Source of the DNA: Takakia lepidozioides
Lineage: Eukaryota; Plantae; Bryophyta
Assembly (NCBI GenBank): GCA_030704615.1
Contig: CM060731.1
Span: 57,164,001 to 57,228,000 of the forward strand
DNA length: 64,000 bases
Reading direction: 5' to 3'
Of the stretch, positions 1-10,799 are shown piece after piece. The position numbers and the translations under genes were made by a program. How positions within the stretch are numbered: the stretch's first letter is position 1; each line of letters starts with the position of its first letter. Below the pieces are notes generated by a model. The model was not told the origin of the DNA and made no database searches. It saw only the letters and a program-made list of their open reading frames with translations.

Positions 1-324
1 TGGAGTCTGGTGGAAGGGATTCTGAGACGCAAGAGCAGACTTATGGGTAGTCTTGTGGATACTCTGTTGGGCATGGGAGTCATCTGCAGTCTCCGGGGGA
101 ATGTCATTGGCAGACTCCGGAACAATGCCATCTGCACCCACGGCAGTCTCCTGCCTAGTCTGCTGGACAACTCCTCGTGCAGTCTGCTGGACAGTCTCCT
201 GCCCTTTATTCCGGTTAGTCTCCTAGCCATTGTACTCTACAGTGTCCAGGGTAGTCTTCTCTCTGGTCGTCTGTGCACTCATATTGGCAGTTTTGTCAGT
301 CTTCTCCTTGTCCTGCTCTGCCAT
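1..324 (-). mobile_element. 5' part of a Gln/Thr-rich ORF with one in-frame stop, possibly the gag N-terminus of a second retroelement running off the window
   Basis: Manual translation from ATG 324: MAEQDKEKTDKTANMSAQTTREKTTLDTVEYNG*ETNRNKGQETVQQ..., TAG at 223-225. It abuts the truncation of the Ty3 element at about 530. No diagnostic motif. Confidence 0.3.
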
Positions 325-568
325 ACGGTGGTTCTGGTCTTAGGCGCACCAGCAGACTATCAATTTCACCATCAAGTAAGTTTTGAGGGTCTACTGACAA
401 AACAGACTCGGGGTTGAAAGCGGTGGGAAGGGTGCAATCAGAGACATGTAGGGCCGGGTTGGCTTGAATTCCCTCATCGAATTCTGCTGTAAGGTCTATG
501 ATGCAGTTTACTGGTCTACAGGTCGGTTACCTTGTCGCCAATTGCGGTTCTCCTTTGGCCGAACGCAC

Positions 569-1927
569 CTAAATAGAGGCCCCCACGTCACTTGTCGGGA
601 GTCCCAGTTTTTGTGCTGTTGCCGGTGTCATGAAGGAGTGCGACGCTCCTGTGTCCACCAACAACGACACATTAGTTCCGGATATTATCCCATCCACGAA
701 CAATAACTGACTCCCTTTACGTAAGGCGCCAGTTTCCTGATACAACTCACAAGAAAATTTGCCTACCTTGCAAGTCCTGGCGACCACCGCTTCCACCAAG
801 CGACTGATGGTATCTTCCGACAGCTCTGTGGTCGCCCGAGTCATGATCAAATGTCGGGGCTTTGTGCACTTCTTGGCCATGTGCTTGGGCTCCCCGCAAT
901 TGAAACACACTCTATCAAAGGTCGACTTATGTCCGCCATAAGCCGCTCCACCCGCTTTTCCTTTCGAAGCACCGGGTGCCGCCTTGACTTGTGATGGCCC
1001 TCCCTTCGATTTCCACGTGTCATTGTCGCCGCGTGGCCTATTCCACTTCTTTTCTGGTCGGAAGGAGTCACCTTCCCACCGGGTCTTCTTGTGGTTCAGC
1101 TCTGTACGGCCTTGTCTTTCACCCTTAGGGACATCCGAGAAACATTCAACCCTCTCAATTGCCTCGTTCAAAGTCTTAGGTGGCTTCTCCTCCAACTTCC
1201 GCCTGGCCCATGGGGCCAGTCCCGCCACAAAGTTGAAGACCATTTTTGGTTCTGCCATGTCCGCGACTTCGAGCAACAGCACATTGAAAGCCTGGACATA
1301 TCCCCGAATATCATCTGTTTGCTTCAAATTCCTCATCTTGTCCCGGGCGAGCCAGGACGCGTGGAGGGGCACAAACTGCCTCTTCATCAATTCCTTGAAC
1401 CCACTCCAGTTCAAGGTTTCCGGGCTTGGACCTCGGTCGTGAAGGCGTTTCTGCCACCATTGTTGAGCATAGCCCCTCAAATAGGTGGGAGCCACTTCCA
1501 CCCGATCCTCGTCACTCAACTTGGCCGCTCGGAAGTACTGCTCTAGCTCCAAGAGCCAGGTGTTGAGTGCCTTCCGATTTCGGACGCCCTCGAAGGTGCC
1601 GGGTTCCTTCGGCTTCACCTTAAACTTTGCCTTAGTGGAAGTGGTATTAGCCGCCTTCAACACGTCTTTCAACGTCCCGCCAAATTGCGCCAACAACCCT
1701 TCCCAAAAGGCTGCCGGCATGGGAGGCATCTGTTGGTTGGTCGGAGCTCTCAAGGATTCCTCAGGCTCCGACTCCTCAGATTCCTCCCGCTCTTGAGCGG
1801 CCTCGTTTTCGGAAACATGCATCGCTTCCTCAAACGGCCGCCTCGGTGACACGTCGCCCCCATCGGGCTCACCAGGATCATCAACTTTTGGGCCGTTCCG
1901 CTTTCGCTTTGGCTTGCCCGACCCCAT
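569..1927 (-). CDS. Ty3/gypsy Gag plus aspartic protease N-terminus
   Basis: ORF 569..1990, first ATG after the PBS at 1927 (MGSGKPKRK). Retrotrans_gag features (PGTFEG, YLRGYAQQWW, LKQTDDIRGYVQAF), zinc knuckle, DTG protease motif. Confidence 0.9.
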   Translation of the reverse strand: MGSGKPKRKRNGPKVDDPGEPDGGDVSPRRPFEEAMHVSENEAAQEREESEESEPEESLRAPTNQQMPPMPAAFWEGLLAQFGGTLKDVLKAANTTSTKAKFKVKPKEPGTFEGVRNRKALNTWLLELEQYFRAAKLSDEDRVEVAPTYLRGYAQQWWQKRLHDRGPSPETLNWSGFKELMKRQFVPLHASWLARDKMRNLKQTDDIRGYVQAFNVLLLEVADMAEPKMVFNFVAGLAPWARRKLEEKPPKTLNEAIERVECFSDVPKGERQGRTELNHKKTRWEGDSFRPEKKWNRPRGDNDTWKSKGGPSQVKAAPGASKGKAGGAAYGGHKSTFDRVCFNCGEPKHMAKKCTKPRHLIMTRATTELSEDTISRLVEAVVARTCKVGKFSCELYQETGALRKGSQLLFVDGIISGTNVSLLVDTGASHSFMTPATAQKLGLPTSDVGASI

Positions 1928-1967
1928 GATGAGGCCAATCCCAAGGACGATCGCGTACTGAACTCTA

Positions 1968-1980
1968 AGCTCTGATACCA
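1968..1980 (-). promoter_or_regulatory. Primer-binding site for tRNA-iMet
   Basis: Minus strand reads TGGTATCAGAGCT, 2 nt after the LTR-terminal CA. Confidence 0.92.
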
Positions 1981-1982
1981 AG

Positions 1983-2711
1983 TGTCGCACACCTCACTTC
2001 GGTAAGCTCCCCCCTCAAGTCATAGTTACTCGCTTGATGCGCGCGCCTAACTCCCAACCTAGCCGCCGGGCCAACTTGGAGCTTCGGCTACTCACCGGGA
2101 CATAACGGTCCCCCCTTGATCCCCCAAAGAACCCTCCAACGATTTAGAACCAGCGGAATTCCCTTTGGTAGTTGGTAGTCCGGAACAGCTCCCCACTCTT
2201 TGGTCGCTTTCCGGCTCGCTCGCTTACTCACTAGTTTTTGGTCACCAACGGGCTTGCACCGTTCTCGGGGTTACTACTCCCTATATATACTTCTGTAGTT
2301 GTCTGCGGGGGTTTCACAAACAACCATGCCATTTTATGGCGAACCACCACGAACACCCTCGACTCCCGGTGATGAGTCGGGGTGAGTCTTGGCCCACCCA
2401 CCACGTCCGCCCCTATGGACCGTGATGAGTCCCAAGACTCCCCACGACTCCCACCACGAGGTCTCCGCCCCATGGTGAGTCCTATGCCACCCCCACTAAG
2501 TCCCGTTAAGCTACCACCACCCCTTGTGGAGCCACCCCCACCGCAACCCGGTGTGCGGGGCTCCACCTAGTGAGCGCCTCCGCCTCCTTGAGTGCCTTGG
2601 GCACTCAAGGGTGCTTCAGCCCCCCCATACCTATCGCTACCACTGCCCCCACCACAGGGGCAGCCCCTCTTGTGTCCCGACCCCCTGCCCTCAAGGCAAA
2701 GGGCCGCGACA
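1983..2711 (-). repeat. 5' LTR, about 729 bp
   Basis: Bounded by TGTCGC (1983) and GCGACA (2706-2711) inverted termini. TATA-like TATATATA near 2282. Adjacent to the PBS. Confidence 0.85.
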
Positions 2712-3559
2712 TCCCGTATGACTTTTGAGCTTAGCCCTGTCTTTGTTCGTTCATTGGCGAGAGTCATCGATGACTCGTTCACAGCCCAGCTGCCCCCAAG
2801 ATTGAAGCCACCCAAGCAGCCCAGTCACATACTAAACAATATTTCGTATTGCTGCAAAGTCCACAAGCTATCACACGCACGACCACACGCACCACAATAT
2901 CACTACCATTAAAAAACTCGGCACTGTGGGGCCCCTCCCACCATGCCCCCACGCCAGAACATGAAACCCACCGAGCCAGGATACTTGCAACTACCACCTC
3001 CAAGGCGCGAATAGGTAATGTCGAAGGAACATATGAAAGAGTAATCAAGTATAAGGCTCCAAAAAATTCTTGCACCATCCCCTCTCCCCAATTACCAAGA
3101 TGTACTCAGCGAAGAGGCAACACTTGCATACATCTATGAAATAACACCCCCTACAAAATTCATCAAAATCCTAACCCAATAGGTTGTTCACCCAAAAGAA
3201 GGAAAGTAAGGGACACCCCTCAACCTGTAGACACCAAATGCAGGAAAACCACGCTACTTAATGCACTGTTTGAAACAGACTTAATTAGAACAAGCCAAAG
3301 AAGCTGCAGGGTTATAACCCAAACAATCAGCATAGTATATCAGAGCTAAAAATCAATCACCACAAAACCAAAAATGTGGAGTGGTTGAAGGGGAGGGGGC
3401 AGGCCAGAATTGCCATAAACAGCTCTACACTCATCAACACCCAATGATCTAGACCCTTCCCAATCACAAACCAATAATAAATACGTAGGCATAGATAATC
3501 TGTACTCCACTAAAAATCAAGTCATGGGGAGCACTCCATTCGGCCCCATGAACATTAGC

Positions 3560-4045
3560 ATACAAGCTACCACACCTACAGCCCACATAAAACATAAATG
3601 TGAAGGCACATACCAACACCCCATTGTGGGGTGGTAAACGCACAAGCACAACTAAGCCTTTGGCCATGCACAATTTCTGCACTGTGCAAGTCAGACTTAG
3701 AGATGTTATGGTGGCTACATGCAAAGAGAACACATATAAAAGCGATATTGTCTAGCTTCAATCCATCCACTTGCATTTCTTTCAACAGTTGCAGCCCGCC
3801 TCCATAGATCACAACCAGGCTGGGCATATCCTGCAATCATCGCATTCCAGGACACCAGATTTCCTTCAACCATATTGTTGAACACTCATTTTGCATCCTT
3901 AATGCTCCCCCCCCTTGGCATACATGTCCACCAGGGTACTGTTGAGAATGACATCCAAAATGTACAATTCCAGCTTTGATGATGTCAACATGGCCTCTTT
4001 GCAATATTCCAGGAGGGCTGCCAAGCTCGCACATGCATTGCATTC
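3560..4045 (-). pseudogene. Degenerate PLS-class PPR fragment
   Basis: Frameshifted L/S/P/P2/L2 remnants: CNACASLAA, HVDIIKAGIV, WNAMIAGYAQ, LQLLKEMQVDGLKLDNIAFICVLFACSH. Confidence 0.8.
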
Positions 4046-4195
4046 CACAGCTCCTCGTCTCCTTGTCTCTGTTACCTGTTTCTAGATACTTTCCTTTTGT
4101 CAGATTGGCAGTATCATGTCAAAGTCACTCCAAACTATGAAAGGTTCACTCAACCAGCTAACTTGTAGAATTCTGAATTGCATCTGCAAAGTTGA
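4046..4195 (-). pseudogene. Remnant of PDF-module exon A plus preceding intron (paralogue of the 48.9-51.2 kb modules)
   Basis: Shares ctcctcgtctc...gttacctgtt...gatactttc...ttggcagta.catgtcaaa.tcactcc...agctaacttg.agaattc with 49597-49710 and 51096-51209. Confidence 0.75.
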
Positions 4196-4215
4196 ATGTG
4201 CCAGGGTAGACCTAC

Positions 4216-5224
4216 TTGGGGGAGAAGACACTCCAAACAAATAAATGGTTTTGCATGAGAGTAAGGATGCCCGTGAATGCCGCCAAGATCACCCCGTTCA
4301 AAGCCATAGGCAAAATGCATGGAACAGTGAGTGCCTCAAGGCGCCATTGTTCAAAGACATTTGGCCCTTGAATATCGACTTTCTTTGAAAGCGCTTTAGG
4401 AAGGGGACAAGAAAGCAGTAGCATTCCCAGCATGAAGAGAAAAGGAGATGCATAGGTGATGATGAACCCCAACAGCCCTGAAAGCACAGTTGAATAGGAT
4501 GACAAGCCCTGCAAACAAAAGCCCTTCCTTCTCATCAAAAGGGAGGGAAGCTCTTAGAAAATAATGCAGCACCTCAGAATACAATTATCCATCATAAGAA
4601 TGAGTCCTGTGATTTGAGGAATATTGGAAAAATTCTACTTAAGATAATAAGGGCAGAGAGACCCCCAATGTATGCCACCACTACATCAACCGTCGCCAGA
4701 GTATTGCTGTTTCCCAGTCCAAAATGGCCAGATGCTCCATCCAATATCGTGTCAAGACCTGCACATCAATTTGACCTGAAAAAAGACTTCCTCAATGTGG
4801 AGCCTTCAAATTTCAGCTGGAAGCACTGCCACTTAATGCTACTTCAATAGGCTGCTGGTTTCTCCTAATACACCTTTTGCCCCTAGATTCAAAACCTAGT
4901 GCTTCTTCTTGGCTTCTTACATTCTCAAAGTGGGAATGAAGGCATTGCAATATTCAAGAGTGGTTGTCTCACCAAAAATATAGAAGTTCATTAACCCAGA
5001 GACAGTGGCCTCAAAGTCCCATCCTCATCAAAAAGATGTTAAGAGAAGGCAACCTGACAAGCGGACCCTCCAGCAGGAGTTGAAACATGGATCCCTGCAG
5101 GCAGGTCAAGGGAGGGGCCAATATCCATTGTCTTGGCTATAAACATAGCCAGCGCATCGGTCTCCTGATAGGAGGCACCACCATGGTTGCCTGCATCTGT
5201 CATGCCATGATCACTTGCCACCAT
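4216..5224 (-). pseudogene. GPI ethanolamine-phosphate transferase 2 (PIG-G) fragments with introns and a large internal deletion
   Basis: Exon remnants SDHGMTDAGNHGGASYQETDALAMFI (5130-5224), GHFGLGNSNTLATVDV (about 4667-4758) and LMQNHLFVWSVFSPK (4216-4509), with recognisable AG acceptors. Confidence 0.85.
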
Positions 5225-5520
5225 CTGCCACATAGATGCGTTTATTTCCAAACAACTCCAAATGACCGTTTTCTGTACCATGGCACCTTGCAATAGATCT
5301 CCGCAAGCCAGTGCAAACTAAGACTTCACATCACACTCCAGAGCATAAGAGTAGCAGAACTTATGGCACTTGCTAGCTAAGACTACATACACACTACATT
5401 CATTCATGACATTGATACTGAAAAACCACATTTGTTGGCCAAATCTTGCTTGAGAAAGGAGAAGCTAAACCTTACACATAAAGTTCACTCAACTAGCTAA
5501 CTTGCAGAATTCATTGCATC

Positions 5521-5871
5521 TGTAATGTCGGATTGGTCAGTGAGAACCACCACGGTGCAGCTGAGCGGGCAGACATTGAAACACGGCCTGCTAAGACCAA
5601 GTTGACTCTCCCAAGAACCTTGTAAACATCAGCAAGAATACCAAATCATGGTACTAACATGAGCCAAGGGCCCACATTTGCAGGATGGACAAACTTCTTC
5701 ACATCGTACATTAAGAAAAAGCCACACCTTGTGATTGCGGTTGTCTCTTGTGTGTGCTGCTTGTGTCTGTAGTCAGGTAATGTCGGATTGGTCTGTGAGA
5801 ACCACCACAGTGCAGCTGAGCGGGTAGAGATTGAAACACGGCCTGCTAAGACCAAGCAGACTCTCCCAAGA
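5521..5871 (-). repeat. Direct duplication of about 95 bp (5521-5617 vs 5778-5871), possibly a transit-peptide-like first exon
   Basis: taatgtcggattggtc.gtgagaaccaccac.gtgcagctgagcggg...ctctcccaagaa occurs twice. Translates as FLGRVCLVLAGRVSISTRSAALWWFSQTNPTL. Confidence 0.7.
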
Positions 5872-5882
5872 AAGGCGAGCTC

Positions 5883-5976
5883 CCAGCCGAAACCTCCTCG
5901 CACACATACCCTAGCGTTTCTAGGGTTGCTTGCTTCAAATGCGAAGGTTGCTCCAATTGCGGGCCTCCCATGCATG
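5883..5976 (-). pseudogene. Importin-beta1 (KPNB1) coding fragment, about 30 codons
   Basis: Minus frame MGGPQLEQPSHLKQATLETLGYVCEEVSA matches the conserved importin-beta segment KQATLETLGYxCEEV. Confidence 0.75.
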
Positions 5977-6760
5977 TTTGCCCTCCCTCCCGCTCGCTCT
6001 TAGTCCGGCCCACCCCCCCCCCCCCCCCCCCCCCCCCCTCCCGCTCGCTCTAAGTCTGTTCACGGCTACCGTGAAGGGCAACTTTTTAAGTTTTTTAACC
6101 TTTTTGCAAACCCTATAAGCAACTTTTTGAATTTTGTTTTTAGAAAAGAAAAAAAGAAACCTCATGCCCTTGAGAAGGGGGAAAAATTAACCCCCTTTCA
6201 TTTATGGGCCATGAGACCTACAAGACGATCAACGCACGGACATACCATCACGAACAATCCTACACACGGGGTAGGGCAGCGGGTTTGAACCCCGAACCAC
6301 CAAGGCCACACAGTGTGCACTTACCAGCCGATGTGTTTTTTTTAAATCTTTTGCACTTTGTATTTTTAATTCATTCTAGTGGTCAAAGTTCCCATTTTTT
6401 CAAAATATAAATACTCATATATTATATATATAACCAGAAAAGCATGTGTCGACACGTGCAATCATGTAGCGATCATCCATGTGATGATCTGGCAGAATGC
6501 ATTAGAGTTAGAGTCATGAAGTAATATGTCCGTCTAGCAATATGCACACGTCATTCTACTGTAGCCATGACCGTGACTGGTAGTCATATCCGCCATGCCA
6601 ATATTCGTGGTCAAACATGTTTGACCTGTGTTGAGCAGAGTCCGGAATCATGCAGTCGCATATACGCCTTCCCCAGACCTGCGTTATGACTTCAAAGGCA
6701 TTTTACGACTGCAAATGGCATTTTTGCCACAAATCGGCCATGACTGCGCACCCATGGCAG

Positions 6761-8200
6761 TCATGAAAGCTGCAATCTGTTGTAGTGCGCTGCAAGTTCG
6801 GAGTTGTGGAGGGCAATATCTGGCTCAAAGGCGAAGACATGTCTATCGGACAACGTCCCTGCCCACATTGAAGCACCTGATGGACAAAGCGGGCAGTTAG
6901 TAGCATGTGGCATGCAATTGCAATCGGGCCAGGGGACAAATTGTGCACATGAAGGCTTACCCGTGCCGCATGTGAGGTCAAGAATCCGCCTTTGGACATC
7001 CGAGCACGCCTCCATGAGGGTTTGGATGAAAGCAGGGCTTCGGGTCGGGCTGTACCGCCACGGTTTGCCTGTCTTTGTGTCCTTCGGCATACTGGAGTGG
7101 GGCACATAGTTATAGAGGACATCGTAGGTAACAGGGTCCACAGCGGCATCAACAAGACGACCGTCGTTGCAAAATTTGAACGTAGACCCTCTCTTCACAA
7201 AACAATATGCCTCAAACACCAATGTCTGCAATCCACAAAAGAGAGGGATCAACTCAGGGTCTAGTTCAGATACACCACAATATGAAGTGAATGCAATAGA
7301 TTGATAACTTCCACTCTGGCCCTCTGTTCACAACCCCTGCGTATTGATGCAGAACCATTTTTTGAGGAGGACAGGGGTGACATTTTTCAGTGTCCACCTT
7401 GCCACAACATTGTCTGTGGTCTTCCCTCTTGTGGCAAGGACCACAATACATCCACCGTCATCCAGGAGCATCCCCACCAGCCCAAACCCGGCTCTCCAGT
7501 AGTCCTCAGTAAACCTGTTCAGGTGGGCACACCATCCAGGCCCTCCAGTAGCTCCCCATCTGGAATATCAAGGAGAATCATATCGCAGGCTCTCCCCACC
7601 TCACCACCCCCCCCCCCCCCCCCCCCCCCCCGAGTGCTCTGCAATCCGTGCTCATAGCCGTGAAGAATTCCATCATGGATTCGAACCATGGGTGTCTTTA
7701 GGCTCTGTACTGGGAGCCCTCTTCTTGGCGTTCCCCTTCAGCTCCTCCACAGACTTGTTGTATGCCACCTTCTTCGCCCTGGCAGCCAGAGCATCAAGGA
7801 AGCTCTCATTGACACATTGGATGATGGTTGGGGTTCTAGCTTTGGCCCTTCTGCGGAAACGTCACCGCCGAATACCGCGTGTAGGCTCGCCCTCAAATGC
7901 CAACTTCTTGGCAGAGCCAGTCCCAGTCCGAACTGACTTGGGAACCCGGACGACCGTGATTGAATGGTACCAGCAGCAACAGTCGCAAGGGACTTGCACA
8001 AAGTCGTCGTCGGAGTCACTCCCTTGGGGACCCTCCTGCGGCCTCCTCTGGTTGCCCCGGTTGTTTTTTGGTTTTTGGGGGTTACGTACTCCCCTGTTTC
8101 CATGTCCTTTTCTTTTGACCTTTATTCTTTCCAGACTGAGTGCCAGCCACCCCCTGGACAGCCATCCCCCAGGGCCCGAATCCGAAAATTCGGCGCCATT
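6761..8200 (-). pseudogene. Beta-class DNA amino-methyltransferase (N6_N4_Mtase-like), spliced, disrupted
   Basis: Reconstructed: STDCRAL...ACDMILLDIPDG (motif IV-like, about 7555-7590), LLDDGGCIVVL (motif VI-like), PWRYSPTRSPAFIQTLMEACSDVQRRILDLTCGT/GASMWAGTLSDRHVFAFEPD (motifs X-I-II). GT-AG intron 6877-6960, probable intron about 7226-7312, frameshift about 7520, TGA 7328-7330. 5' boundary approximate. Confidence 0.78.
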
Positions 8201-8499
8201 TTTCAAGGACTTCTTCACAACTAATTTTCATTCGCCACATAAGGGCCTCTTAAATCTCGAAATGTAGGGACTAAAAAGAAGGCATCGGTATGTACCTGTA
8301 CAGAAGGCGCATTGCCGCTTTGTCCGCGTTCGGCTGGTCGATGAACTCGTGGCTCTGACGGGCATGGGGTATCTCTCGAAAGAATCGGTCGGTTTTGTAG
8401 AGCAGAAAGTACCTCGTCAGATAGTCGCGTAGGTAGGTCTCTGTCACCAGAAATCTCCAACTTGAACTGATGTGTGTGTGTCAAGCTGCTCTTGCGCAT

Positions 8500-8920
8500 T
8501 CGTCGTCACCTATGGAGATTCTTCATCAGACCACTTTCCTCAAAAAATACAATAAATCCATCCGATACAAGAGTAGAAGCCCCAATGAAGCGTGGGAAAG
8601 TACCTGAAACCACCATGTCATGCGGTTCATCCACATGTCGAATGTGGGGTCGGACAGTTTGTCGGGTTTGGGGAAGCTCCACATGTCCCTTGTATTTTGG
8701 GAACCATTCCAGATTTGGAGCCACCGGGTCTGTCCAACCACCCAACATATTAGTAAGCGCCAAACACCACAAAAACGAATTGTTGCCACGACATTTTTGG
8801 TTAAGAGTGTATAACCTTTTATGTTGCATCCACACATGATGTGGCTAGACGATGCAACTTCTCCGTCATCGTGGGCTTCAGAGCGCGGGAGTAGTGCTCC
8901 CCACCTCCACCAGAAAGTCG
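8500..8920 (-). pseudogene. Probable C-terminal remnant of the transposase-like ORF begun at 11543
   Basis: Same strand, directly beyond the Ty3 insert. Open frame 8506..8835 (NNSFLWCL...VSGTFPRFIGASTLVSDGFIVFFEESGL). Assignment is inferred. Confidence 0.4.
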
Positions 8921-10799
8921 TTTTGATCCCATCTTGTGTAATCACATGCCCCAGGAACTCCACTTTTGTGACCCCGAATTCTCACTTTGAAGCTTTGGCA
9001 TACAGCTTCCCTTCCCGCAATTTCTGGAACACCCTTTTTAGGTGCTCCAGGTGCTCTTCCTTTGTTTTCGAGTACACCAAGATGTCGTCGATGTACACGA
9101 TCCCAAAATCATCCAACCACTCCTGGAAAAGGCTGTTCATTAGCGTGTTAAAAGTTGCGGGTGCGTTGGTGAGCCCAAAAGGCATCACCAAGAACTCGTA
9201 CGAACCATATCTTGTCTTGCACGTGGTCTTCTCCTCATCTTCTTCCGCCACTCGAATTTGATGATAGTCGGAGCGCAAATCGATCCGGCTGAAATACTTC
9301 ACTCCTACCAACCAATCGAAAATGTCGTCGATCCTTGGCAAATGGTACTGGTGTTTTATAGTCACCTTATTCAGAGCCATGTAATCGACACACATCCCCA
9401 GCGTCCCATCCTTCTTGTCTGCGAATAGCACCGGGGCTCCGTAAGGTGTCTTACTCGGCCGGATGTACCCCTTTGACATTAGATCCTTGGACTGAGTCTT
9501 CAGCTCAACCAACTCTATGTGGCTCAACCGGTAGGGCGCCTTGGCAGGCAGCTCCGATCCCGGTATCACCTCAATCTTGTGATCAACTCCCCTTCGCGGT
9601 GGCAAGCCACTTGGTAAATCCTCCGACATCACATCCTGGTATTTCTCCAAGATCCCCTTGATCCAATCTGGGCTCGGCTCCCCATCGCCTTCTCCTTTCA
9701 CTTGTCTAACGTAAAACAAAAACTAGGGCTCGTGTGGTTCCTCCACGGCCCATTCCCTTGCTGACAGAAGGTTTATTCGCCCTCCCACGGGTTTGGGCGT
9801 TTCCGACACTCGTAAAACTTCGCCACCATTCCCACACGACATCGTGACTACTCTCTTGCGGCCATTTATGACCGCTCTGGATTTGCTCAAAAAGCTCATC
9901 CCCAAAATGAGATCCACTCCATCGATCTTGCAAATGGTGAAGTTCTCACGTCCCTCCCAACTCCCCAGTTGAAGAGGAACATCGAACGCCAACCTCGTTG
10001 CCAATTGTGGTTCTCCTTTGGCAGAACGCACCTCAATAGAGGCCCCCACGTCACTTGTCGGGAGCCCCAGCTTTTGTGCCGTTCCGGTGTCATGAATGAG
10101 TGCGACGCTCCTGTGTCCACCAACAACGACACGTTAGTTCCGGAAATTATCCCATCCACGAACAATAACTGACTCCCTTTACGCAGGGTGCCAGTTTCCT
10201 GATACAATTCACAAGAGTAGTTGCCTACCTTGCAAGTCTTGGCGACCACCGCTTCCACCAAGCGGCTGATGGAATCTTCCGACAGCTCTGTGGTCGCCCG
10301 AGTCATGTTCAATTGTCGAGGTTTTGCGCACTTCTTAGCCATGTGCCCGGGCTCCCCGCAATTAAAGCACACTCCATCGAAGGTCGCCTTTTGTCCCCAT
10401 AAGGCGTCGCACCTGATTTTCCTTTCGGAGCACTGGGTGTCGTTAAGGCCCTCCCTTCGATTTCCACGTGCCATTGTCGCCGCGTGGCCTATCCCACTTC
10501 TTTTCCGGTCGAAAGGAGTCACCATCCCGCTGGGTTTTCTTGTGGTTCAGCTCCATATGGCCTTGTCTTTCACCCCTAGGGACATTTGAGAAACATTCAG
10601 CCCTCTCAATTGCCTCGTTCAAATCACCTGAGACAAGATGAGGAATTTGAAGCAAACAGATGACATTCGGGGATATGTTCAGGCTTTCAATGTGCTGTTG
10701 CTCGAGGTCGCGGACATGGCAGAACCAGAAATGGTCTTCAACTTTGTAGCGGGACTGGCCCCATGGGCCAGGCAGAAGTTGGAGGAGAAGCCACCTAAG
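8921..10799 (-). mobile_element. LTR-less Ty3/gypsy fragment (gag 3' part, protease, RT) with an inverted 5' segment
   Basis: RT motifs [39 protein letters not shown]. Close nucleotide similarity to 530-1340. Segment 10627-10799 is gag in + orientation. Confidence 0.93.

Larger units (their letters stand above)
530..2711 (-). mobile_element. Ty3/gypsy LTR retrotransposon, 5' portion (5' LTR, PBS, gag, start of protease), 3'-truncated
   Basis: LTR 1983-2711, PBS 1968-1980, gag with CCHC knuckle CFNCGEPKHMAKKC and protease motif LVDTGASHSF. Similarity to the copy at 8921-10623 stops near 530. Confidence 0.93.

Noticed and set aside
10-417. 135-aa Leu/Ser-rich plus-strand ORF
   Set aside because: Probably the antisense shadow of the Gln/Thr-rich minus-strand frame.
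6204-6340. Possible tRNA-derived SINE (B-box-like GGTTCAAACC on the minus strand)
   Set aside because: No convincing A box, cloverleaf or TSD.
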